A DNA stretch of 64,000 nt, taken from assembly GCA_944362965.1 (NCBI GenBank), contig CALVTR010000002.1, positions 16,145 to 80,144 on the forward strand. Reading direction: 5' to 3'. Under the pieces are notes generated by a model, which saw only the letters and a list, made by a program, of their open reading frames with translations, was not told the DNA's origin and searched no databases. The DNA is from an uncultured Clostridia bacterium (lineage in GTDB: Bacteria; Bacillota; Clostridia; Christensenellales; UBA1242). Positions within the stretch are counted from its first letter, which is position 1. Every line of letters begins with the position of its first letter. Below, piece by piece: positions 54,835 through 64,000 of this stretch. Made by a program: the position numbers and the translations under genes.

Positions 54835-55970
54835 AGCACACCTATTATAAACGTCATCAAGGTGACCGCACCTGTCAAGATAAAACAGGTCACAAGCAAA
54901 ACTAGCGACAAGGTGTCTAGTTTGAACGGCGTGTCTTCTTTGAGCATTTGATTGTCTATCTCGCTTGAATTGTCGGTTTCAATGGACGTTGACATGAAGA
55001 TTTTATCAAAATTTTCAAGGTCTTCTTCATGGGTTGTTTTTGTGCCTTCGGCTAGCTCTTTCACTTCACTTTGAAAAGCAGTTCTCATCATTTCCGTGAA
55101 CAATGCTTCTTGCAGGTTATGCATACGTTTGAGTGCGGTCTCCTTATAAAGAGCCTTTGAAAGCGCCTTTAGTGCCATGACGAGCAAAATAACTAAAATT
55201 ATCACAAAAAGTAGTGCCACGATAAAGTTGTTTTGGAAATTGTATTGAAGCCATGTAAACATATTGCCGAAGCCCAAGCCATTGGCGTTTGAAAAGCCCA
55301 TAAATAGACTTAGTGCGTTGTTTGTAAAGTGTATGATCATGGCTGGATAGATTGTGTCGCAAAGCGTGGTGAGATAGCCGAGATACAGCCCTATGCAAGT
55401 TGCGTAGAAGAACTGCTCTATATTCATGTGCATAAGACCAAATAAAAGTGATGAGATTATTATTGCCTTTTTGCTGCCTAAGTTTGATAGACCTTTGAGT
55501 AGCATTCCCCTATGTGCTGTCTCTTCGCAGATTCCCGGCAAGATTGCGGTTACCACCAAGTTGACTAGAAATAGCCAGAAAGGATATGAACCGCCACCTG
55601 AGCTTGTGGTAAAAGTATAACCAAGTGCCGACAAAATGGCATTAAAGAAAGTTGCAACAAAGACATTTAAAATATATACTATGATACCTATTAAGAAAGA
55701 ATATAAAACTGCTTTCCATGAAATCTTTTTATAGCCATAATATTTGAACACATCCTTGACTTTTGCTTTTTGAACACCCTTGAACATAAATATAGATATA
55801 GCAAAAAGCATGCCGATTTGAACAAAAGCATTGACTAGATAAGTTCCTATTGTTCCTAAAAAATTAAGAACACCAAATTGTGATAACATTCTTATAATCA
55901 CAAACAAGAATACGATGGCTGTGTAACAAATTATCGTGTTTCTTGTTGTTTTATTTCTAACATTCATCAT
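54831..55970 (-). CDS. CPBP family intramembrane glutamic endopeptidase (CAAX protease-like)
   Basis: EETAHRG, FGLMH and HFTNN motifs. Polytopic. Confidence 0.75.
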   Translation of the reverse strand: MMNVRNKTTRNTIICYTAIVFLFVIIRMLSQFGVLNFLGTIGTYLVNAFVQIGMLFAISIFMFKGVQKAKVKDVFKYYGYKKISWKAVLYSFLIGIIVYILNVFVATFFNAILSALGYTFTTSSGGGSYPFWLFLVNLVVTAILPGICEETAHRGMLLKGLSNLGSKKAIIISSLLFGLMHMNIEQFFYATCIGLYLGYLTTLCDTIYPAMIIHFTNNALSLFMGFSNANGLGFGNMFTWLQYNFQNNFIVALLFVIILVILLVMALKALSKALYKETALKRMHNLQEALFTEMMRTAFQSEVKELAEGTKTTHEEDLENFDKIFMSTSIETDNSSEIDNQMLKEDTPFKLDTLSLVLLVTCFILTGAVTLMTFIIGVL

Positions 55971-56212
55971 TTTTCTCCAATTTTTTATGTTACAATTTTA
56001 ATGACGTCATTTTCAGTTTGTTGTGGCGTTAATTCAAACCACACTTACATATTAGTACAAATTTCCCACGCTGTAAAGAGGGATTTTATTTTTTTGAGAA
56101 AAAATATTTTGTTTGAAAAAGTAGAATTTCTGCTGTTTTTAACAATCTTTGTCATATTTTGTCGATTTTGTTTTCTTATGACCACTTTTGCTTGATTATA
56201 CAACAAAATTTG

Positions 56213-57187
56213 TTAACCTAGAAAAGCAAACAATGTTATAAACAACATCATTGCAAGAGCAACACCTATTGATATATATATGAAAATTGATGTTTTTGTA
56301 GAAGTCTTTTCCACTTCTTCTTTGCTTTTATGTTTAAAATAAAATCTATCTATAATATAAACTATTGCAACAGTTATGCCAAGCAGCAAGATGGCAATAA
56401 GATAGAACCACCATGTGTCTGGCAAGGCAAGAGAGAAACTTGTGACATTTTGAAGATATGCAAACAAAATAACTAGGAAGTTGTTTATAAAATGCACGAG
56501 CATTGACGAGACAAGTGAGCCTGTTCTTAAAACTAGCCATGCCATAATTGAGCCTAGCAAGAATGGATATACAAGTTGTTGTAGATTTTGGTGCATAAGT
56601 GCAAACATAAAGGCAGACATAAAGATAGCTTGCACGTCGTTAAAACGCGTGCGAAGTCCGTTTAAAATTATTCCCCTAAATAATAACTCTTCTGTTATGG
56701 CTGGGATTATGCAGGTTACAACAACTGATAGTGCGAAAACACCAAAGCTCATAGGATTTGCAAGTGTTTCTGTTGTTCCATCTTTCATTGGAAAGCCTAT
56801 TGCTTCTAGGATATTGTTAACTACATCAATAAAATTATATAAGCCAAAAAGAGGAATTAAGCCAACTGCAATTATCAAAAGATATGTATGCCACTTCATC
56901 TTGAAATTAAGATTTATGGCTTTATATTCTATTCTTTGTGTTTTGTTGTAAATTAAATATAGAAATACATAGCAGATTGCGGTTACCACGCCGTAGACTG
57001 CGTTAAACCATATACTATTTGTTATATCCGCCGCTTCGTCGCCATTTACGCCAGCAATTAAATTTGCAATAAGTGAGAATATAAGTGACAAGAGAATTGG
57101 CAAAATAAGGGCAAATAAAAATACCTTTCCGCTGTCACCATCATTATAAAAGTTGCGTCTATCGTAGACTTTTGCGTTTTTATCCAT
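56213..57187 (-). CDS. CPBP family intramembrane glutamic endopeptidase (second paralogue)
   Basis: TEELLFRG, FALMHQN and HFINN motifs. Start at MDKNAKV, preceded by TGTATAAT-N6 (leaderless layout). Confidence 0.75.
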   Translation of the reverse strand: MDKNAKVYDRRNFYNDGDSGKVFLFALILPILLSLIFSLIANLIAGVNGDEAADITNSIWFNAVYGVVTAICYVFLYLIYNKTQRIEYKAINLNFKMKWHTYLLIIAVGLIPLFGLYNFIDVVNNILEAIGFPMKDGTTETLANPMSFGVFALSVVVTCIIPAITEELLFRGIILNGLRTRFNDVQAIFMSAFMFALMHQNLQQLVYPFLLGSIMAWLVLRTGSLVSSMLVHFINNFLVILFAYLQNVTSFSLALPDTWWFYLIAILLLGITVAIVYIIDRFYFKHKSKEEVEKTSTKTSIFIYISIGVALAMMLFITLFAFLG

Positions 57188-57266
57188 TGTTTTATTATAC
57201 AATAATATTTTGTAAAAGACAAACAAAGTGCTTTACTTTAAGACAAAATTTTATTAAAATCTTAGT

Positions 57267-57710
57267 ATGATAGATTTTATGGAAGAAGCAATTAAACAGG
57301 CAGAGATTGCCTTAAAGCACGATGAAGTGCCTATTGGTGCGGTGATTGTTAAAGACGGCAAAGTTATTGCAAAAGGATACAACAAAAGAGAAAAGACTCA
57401 AAATGCGCTGATGCATGCTGAGATTATCGCAATAAAAAAAGCCTGCCGAAAACTTAAATCCTGGCGACTTGATGGTTGCACTATTTTTGTGACGCTTGAG
57501 CCCTGCCCTATGTGCAGCGGAGCTATTGCAAATGCTAGAATTGCCCGTCTTGTTTATGCCTGCAAAGAAAAATCGTCTGGAGACAGCCTTTGTGAGAAGA
57601 TACTTTCAAGTACGCGGCTAAACCACAAAGTTGAAATTATTTATGATGAAAAGTATAGCGAAAAATGCAGCAGGATTTTAAGCGAATTTTTTAAAGGCAA
57701 GAGAAAATAA
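57267..57710 (+). CDS. tadA: tRNA-specific adenosine deaminase
   Basis: HAEIIAI and PCPMCSGA zinc motifs. The start could also be the Met at 57279. Confidence 0.85.
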   Translation: MIDFMEEAIKQAEIALKHDEVPIGAVIVKDGKVIAKGYNKREKTQNALMHAEIIAIKKACRKLKSWRLDGCTIFVTLEPCPMCSGAIANARIARLVYACKEKSSGDSLCEKILSSTRLNHKVEIIYDEKYSEKCSRILSEFFKGKRK

Positions 57711-57856
57711 ATTTTTAAATTTAATTATTTTTTAAATTTTTATTTTATTTTTACAATTTATTTTTATCTTTATTTATTTATATCCTTTATTTTTTATTTA
57801 GTTATATTTAATAATATTTTTTTATTTATATTTTTTAATAAAACCGCATGAAAAAA

Positions 57857-57941
57857 GCTCGGAAACGCATGCCATAGGCTTGCAAAAAGAAAGTTTCTAC
57901 TTTCTTTTTAAAAAATTGATTTATCAATTTTTGTTTCCGAG
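57857..57941. other. closed four-way-junction structured element, copy D
   Basis: 10-bp closing stem GCTCGGAAAC/GTTTCCGAGC around hairpins 57867-57883, 57884-57909 and 57910-57931 (7 bp with one T-T, 11 bp, 9 bp), with zero junction nucleotides. Confidence 0.7.
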
Positions 57942-57984
57942 CAATTTATAAAAAACAATATTTTTTAGCGACTATTTAAATTTA

Positions 57985-58470
57985 TTATAAGAGTTTCATA
58001 AGCTCTTCATTGTATTCTTCTTCGCTTATTTTGTCTTCCGCTCTCATCTTCTTAAGGCGAGCTATTTTTTCTGTTTTTGTTTCATTTATAATCTCAACAT
58101 TGTCGCCCACCTTGACAGATTTTTCCTTATCAGGCTTTATCCACACCCAATCTGAAATAAACATTGTAATTATTAGAAGAACACTTGAAACAGAAAGTAG
58201 GTTTACAATAATTGATATCACAAGAGCTGTCATATAATAGCCATGGCGTTGGCGAAAGAGTTTTCCGTTCTTCCATATAGCCATGATAAGAAGCACGGCA
58301 ACCGCTAAGCAACAAGCGATTGTTATAAAATCATAGACTACATAAAAAACTGGACTACGAACAGCTGAGTCTGTTCTAAACCAATCTACTAATGAATAAA
58401 TTTCCCATGCGACGTCTACAAAATTAAATATTATAGCCACAATTATAAGCCACTTTTTTGTTGTGTTCAT
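57985..58470 (-). CDS. membrane protein with C-terminal SHOCT domain
   Basis: Start at MNTTKKW (AAGGAG SD). 4 TM segments. C-terminal KISEEEYNEELMKLL SHOCT-like tail. Confidence 0.65.
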   Translation of the reverse strand: MNTTKKWLIIVAIIFNFVDVAWEIYSLVDWFRTDSAVRSPVFYVVYDFITIACCLAVAVLLIMAIWKNGKLFRQRHGYYMTALVISIIVNLLSVSSVLLIITMFISDWVWIKPDKEKSVKVGDNVEIINETKTEKIARLKKMRAEDKISEEEYNEELMKLL

Positions 58471-58589
58471 AATTCTCCTTTTTATAAAATCAAATATACT
58501 AAATATTCTAGCATTAGCATAAAAATAAGTCAAATCATTTTGATGTTTTATTATTTTATGCTAAAATCTTATCGTTAAGAAGGTGTGAA

Positions 58590-59390
58590 ATGAATAAAAT
58601 TGTTGTAATTACTGGCGGTTCAATGGGAATTGGCAAAGCAACTGCCACTCTATTTAGACAAAAAGGCGACATTGTGCTTAGCGTTGCAAGGCAAATTGAT
58701 GAAGAGTTTCCTGATTTTAGCTATGTTGCTGATATATCTAATGAAGAACAAGTTAAAAATATTATAACTCAAATTGGAGAAAAATATCACAAGATTGATG
58801 TTCTTGTCAATAACGCTGGTATTGGCGTCAACGGTGCACTTGAGCTTGTGCCTTCAAATGTATTCGAAAACACTATGCATGTGAATATTGAAGGTGCTTA
58901 TCTTGTGACTAAATTCGCCCTGCCATATATGCAAAAAGGAGCCAAAATTATCAATATCTCAAGCGTTTCTGGGCTGTTTGCCTCGCCGTTTAGAAGCCTT
59001 TACTGTTTTTCAAAGTCTGCCATCCAAATGATGACTATGTGTCAACGAATGGAGCTTTCAAAGGCAAAAATAGATGTTTGTGCTGTTTGCCCTGGTGAAG
59101 TTAAAACAGGATTTATGAAAAGACGTGTGAGAATTGAAGACACAAACGAGCGTTACGGCAAGCAAGTTGAACGTGCCTTTGCCTTTCTAGATAAACACGA
59201 TGAAGGCAAGCGTATGCCACCAGAAAAAGTTGCCAAAGCCATATACAAACAAGCAAAACGCAAAAAATCGAAGCCTTTTGTTATTGTTGGCGGAAGCTTT
59301 AAACTTATCTATCTTGGCGTTAAATTGTTGCCAACAAGCTGGGTGCTGGCTCTTACAAATAAGTTTATGGGCGGCGGCAATATAGATTAA
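58590..59390 (+). CDS. SDR family oxidoreductase
   Basis: TGGSMGIGKA cofactor motif, NNAG, YCFSK (YxxxK). Confidence 0.8.
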   Translation: MNKIVVITGGSMGIGKATATLFRQKGDIVLSVARQIDEEFPDFSYVADISNEEQVKNIITQIGEKYHKIDVLVNNAGIGVNGALELVPSNVFENTMHVNIEGAYLVTKFALPYMQKGAKIINISSVSGLFASPFRSLYCFSKSAIQMMTMCQRMELSKAKIDVCAVCPGEVKTGFMKRRVRIEDTNERYGKQVERAFAFLDKHDEGKRMPPEKVAKAIYKQAKRKKSKPFVIVGGSFKLIYLGVKLLPTSWVLALTNKFMGGGNID

Positions 59391-59545
59391 ATTTACTTAA
59401 ATATTCAATTATTTTATTTAAAAATAATTTTTATATTTAAAATATTTTTTCTATTTTAAAACATTTGTATCAAATTTTTCTCTATTTATATTTAAAATTT
59501 AATTTTTTTAAATATAAAAACTTATTAAATTTATTGTAAATTATT

Positions 59546-59580
59546 AAAAAATAACATAGCGTGCTGCTATGTTATTTTAT
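59546..59580. terminator. intrinsic terminator after groEL (bidirectional shape)
   Basis: AATAACATAGC/GCTATGTTATT stem flanked by A- and T-runs. Confidence 0.75.
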
Positions 59581-59581
59581 T

Positions 59582-61493
<1,912 letters not shown>

Positions 61494-61574
61494 ATTCATT
61501 CTCTCCTTTTTCATATTTTTATACGCAAATTTTGTGGCGTTTTCCTTTTGTAAAAACAAAAATTTTACATATAA

Positions 61575-61602
61575 ATTATACAATATTGCTGGCAAAAGAC
61601 AA
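61575..61602 (-). promoter_or_regulatory. sigma-A-type promoter of groES-groEL (TTGTCT-16-TATAAT)
   Basis: -35 at 61597-61602, -10 at 61575-61580. Inverted repeat TGTAAAA-N7-TTTTACA at 61549-61569 just downstream. Confidence 0.5.
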
Positions 61603-61683
61603 ACTAAATTACAAAATATTTCTTTCATAGAATGTTGTTTTTTGTCATACACTAAATTAGCATATAAAGGAGTAAAAACGCAA

Positions 61684-62457
61684 GTGCAGGTGCCAAAAAA
61701 GTTTAATTTTTCGTTTTTTAAGTCTAAAAAATTCTTTATTATATCACTTTGTGTGGTGTTTTTGATTGCTTGCACTATTGTCGCAAATTATCTATCGCTT
61801 GCTCTTGTTCGGACAAATAGCACAAATGAAAGTGTCAGCTCAAGCGCCTTTGATGTATATATGCTCACTCTTGCAAAGTCGCAAGTGAAAGCGGAAGCTC
61901 AAGTCTTGGCAGGCGACTATCAAAAAGTGGGAGCTGGCGGTTATATTTGGGAACAAGATGGCTATTTCTATGTTGTTTCAAGTGTGTATATAAATAAAAA
62001 TGATGCAACCCTTGTGCAAAATAGCGTGAAGGCAAATCAAGGTTTTGATAGCGAAATTATCACAGTGCATTTTGATGAGATTGTGGTGAATGGCAGCTTT
62101 ACAGCAGATGAAAAGAAAGTGATTGCTAAGGCAATTAGTGCGTGTTATGACTTCTATTACAATATTTATGATGTTGCTATCAGTCTTGACACAGCGGTTT
62201 ATAACGAAATCTCGGCAAGGCTTGCGGTCAATAATGCACACAATAGTTTGAGCAATGTCTATGACGATTTTAACACCCTTTTTGACGGCAAAAGCGGAAA
62301 CCTAGAAGAACTTGGCACGCTTCTTGAAAAAGCCCTTGCAATAAGTCAAGAGCTTTGTGGTGGCACGCCTGAAAACAATAACCAAACCTATTCCTCTGTG
62401 CTTAAATATAGATATACCGAGATTTTAGGCGTGCTTTATGAGTTTATAAATGGGTGA
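61684..62457 (+). CDS. membrane-anchored protein with SPOR-like domain (tentative)
   Basis: GTG start after AAAGGAG. TM helix FFIISLCVVFLIACTIVANYL. VYMLTLAKS...GAGGYIWEQDGYFYVVSSVY.NKNDA resembles a SPOR repeat. Confidence 0.5.
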   Translation: MQVPKKFNFSFFKSKKFFIISLCVVFLIACTIVANYLSLALVRTNSTNESVSSSAFDVYMLTLAKSQVKAEAQVLAGDYQKVGAGGYIWEQDGYFYVVSSVYINKNDATLVQNSVKANQGFDSEIITVHFDEIVVNGSFTADEKKVIAKAISACYDFYYNIYDVAISLDTAVYNEISARLAVNNAHNSLSNVYDDFNTLFDGKSGNLEELGTLLEKALAISQELCGGTPENNNQTYSSVLKYRYTEILGVLYEFING

Positions 62458-62464
62458 AGATATA

Positions 62465-62497
62465 AAAACTAGGGTTTTAAGTTTTTCCCTAGTTTTT
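62465..62497. terminator. bidirectional intrinsic terminator
   Basis: AAACTAGGG/CCCTAGTTT stem with a 12-nt loop. A- and T-runs. Confidence 0.65.
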
Positions 62498-62556
62498 ATG
62501 TTATAAATTTTATAATGATTTTGTGTTTTCAAATTTTCTTCAAGTTTTTTAAAATA

Positions 62557-64000
62557 TCAAAGCTCATCTACTGAAAATTTGAAAGCTGCTCGTGCCACAT
62601 TACCGTCGTTGTAGACACCACTACCGTTATCGATATTGCCCGACGTACTAACACCATAAGCAGCATAACTAATAGACAAATAAGGCGAACGGAGCCAATA
62701 AGAATATCCCCACTCTCTATCTGTATCACTACTTGTTGTGCCATTTCCACTCAATAAGGTGTAGGCTTCATAATATGATAAGAGCCAGAATTTGTCTGTA
62801 TCTTCTCTACTATAGGTTATTGTTGCTCCTGTCCAATCATCTGGTGAACCTTTAGGAAAATCTACATCCTGTGGATTTGTTGCTGAACTTGACATGTCTG
62901 TATATAGGTCTCCGAGTGTTCTGCCTATTATCTGTGTGTATACTATATCATTATCTGGATCTATATGTAGGTCGGTGAACATGTTTGACATATATGATGC
63001 GTTATTTGATGGCGAGTATACCGTTCCTGCGTATGTTGTATCGGTATCATAATACTTGCTTACAAGTTCTTCACTGTTCATATATTGTCTAATATTGCTT
63101 GTTGAATAGTCATTAGCGTCTATATTTTTCCAGCCATTTAATTGATGTTTGAATGGTGATGCATTTAAATAATCGTTATTCCATGAACAATATAAGCCAC
63201 CTTCGTTATTACTTTCAAAACTGCTAAAGTAACTTTCTAAGATAAAGTATCCTTCTCCTGTTGGTCGCGTGTTTCTGTCAAACTCATAGTGATAAGCAAC
63301 AGGGGCTGTTTCTGTATCTGCGTTATATGGGGTCTCTTCTTCCGCAAAGTATCTCCAACGTAAATACTCGCTTTCTCGTTTGCCTTCGGCGTTGTCTGAT
63401 GTGGTTGAGTATGTTCCCATCTCTACATACCAATAGCCTTCTCCGGTATATTCACTTACTTCACCTTCGGATGTTACTTGGAGTAAATATTCTCCCATAT
63501 CTGCAAACTCTACTTCTAAGCCTGAGATTGTTGTTGCTGAACCTGTGTTATTGTTGACTGTTATTGTTAAATCTTTGCTTTCTCCACTTGTCAATTCTTC
63601 ACTTGGGTTCTTTGGCAAGTATAGACTTGTTGAGCTTATGGTCACTCCACTTGTATTTACCCATGATACCTTGTTCTTGATATAGTTTGCACTAAGTGAT
63701 GTCATGGAAATTGTAAGGGTTGTTTCGCCTGTTGCAAACTCTATGCTTGATAGGTCTATCAATGCACTTGGTCCATTGAATTGCGTCAATGTGTTTTGTG
63801 TGGAGTTGTTTTCTGTTGTTACTGAAGTTACATAAACAACAGGTTCAATGTATTCGTCTATTGTGACTATTATTCCTTCAAGGTCTACTACACTTGAATT
63901 TGGTGCGGTTATGGTTAAGATAAGTGAGCCGTCTATTGGTGTTGACGCGTCAAAGTTTTTATAGCCGTCTGAATCTGTGTCAGTCAAATTATTTGTTGCT
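62557..64000 (-). CDS. large secreted/surface protein, C-terminal part (5' end beyond the window); C-terminal YWLRSP-type (DUF6273-like) domain
   Basis: The frame stays open upstream of the track's TTG to nt 64000. C-terminal FWLLS..EA...YWLRSP signature. The N-terminal part resembles the 22850-23725 protein. Confidence 0.7.
   Translation of the reverse strand, partial: ATNNLTDTDSDGYKNFDASTPIDGSLILTITAPNSSVVDLEGIIVTIDEYIEPVVYVTSVTTENNSTQNTLTQFNGPSALIDLSSIEFATGETTLTISMTSLSANYIKNKVSWVNTSGVTISSTSLYLPKNPSEELTSGESKDLTITVNNNTGSATTISGLEVEFADMGEYLLQVTSEGEVSEYTGEGYWYVEMGTYSTTSDNAEGKRESEYLRWRYFAEEETPYNADTETAPVAYHYEFDRNTRPTGEGYFILESYFSSFESNNEGGLYCSWNNDYLNASPFKHQLNGWKNIDANDYSTSNIRQYMNSEELVSKYYDTDTTYAGTVYSPSNNASYMSNMFTDLHIDPDNDIVYTQIIGRTLGDLYTDMSSSATNPQDVDFPKGSPDDWTGATITYSREDTDKFWLLSYYEAYTLLSGNGTTSSDTDREWGYSYWLRSPYLSISYAAYGVSTSGNIDNGSGVYNDGNVARAAFKFSVDEL

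Noticed and set aside
56481-56951. 156-aa + strand ORF.
   Set aside because: It is antisense to the CPBP protease gene, which has clear family motifs. No SD.
61494-61775. N-terminal 94-codon extension of the groES ORF given by the track (188 aa).
   Set aside because: GroES is ~94 aa and a strong SD precedes the internal MKIKPL start. The extension covers the promoter region.

Overview
AT-rich chromosomal segment whose gene content points to an endospore-forming Firmicute (Clostridia-like): gpr, ytfJ/ytfI, dacB, mcsA-mcsB-clpC, minD/minE and an mreB-like gene. There are about 55 protein genes, mostly on the minus strand, plus one tRNA-Thr(CGU). Housekeeping genes recognised from motifs and synteny: rpsA-like S1 protein, plsC, rluB, rpsT, hpf, clpC, tex, dinB, trxB, rplM-rpsI, tsaB/tsaE, RNase J, greA, rlmH, tadA and groES/groEL. 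Accessory-looking content: a tandem XRE regulator cassette beside a tRNA-Thr with a duplicated 3' half; four large secreted or surface proteins; an acidic zinc-ribbon protein; several orphans. The surface proteins include a 2,328-aa protein with two 1.76-kb tandem repeats and a 1,142-aa protein with four CBM-like modules. No CRISPR array, IS element, integrase, rRNA or recognisable defence system was seen. The most unusual signal is non-coding. Five intergenic copies share one architecture: a long closing stem around exactly three abutting hairpins (a closed four-way junction). Their sequences differ, the differences are compensatory, and modules are shared mosaically between copies. I cannot assign this to a known repeat or ncRNA class. 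Other leads: a C8 tract in the promoter spacer of a secreted-protein gene, a recurrent TATAAT-N6-ATG leaderless layout, a promoter-uORF-terminator leader, a split TSUP transporter, and a Min/MreB-like/degenerate-Ppx cluster lacking minC and mreCD. Everything comes from reading the sequence and the ORF track by eye. No homology search, folding or statistics was run, and domain names are motif-based recollection.
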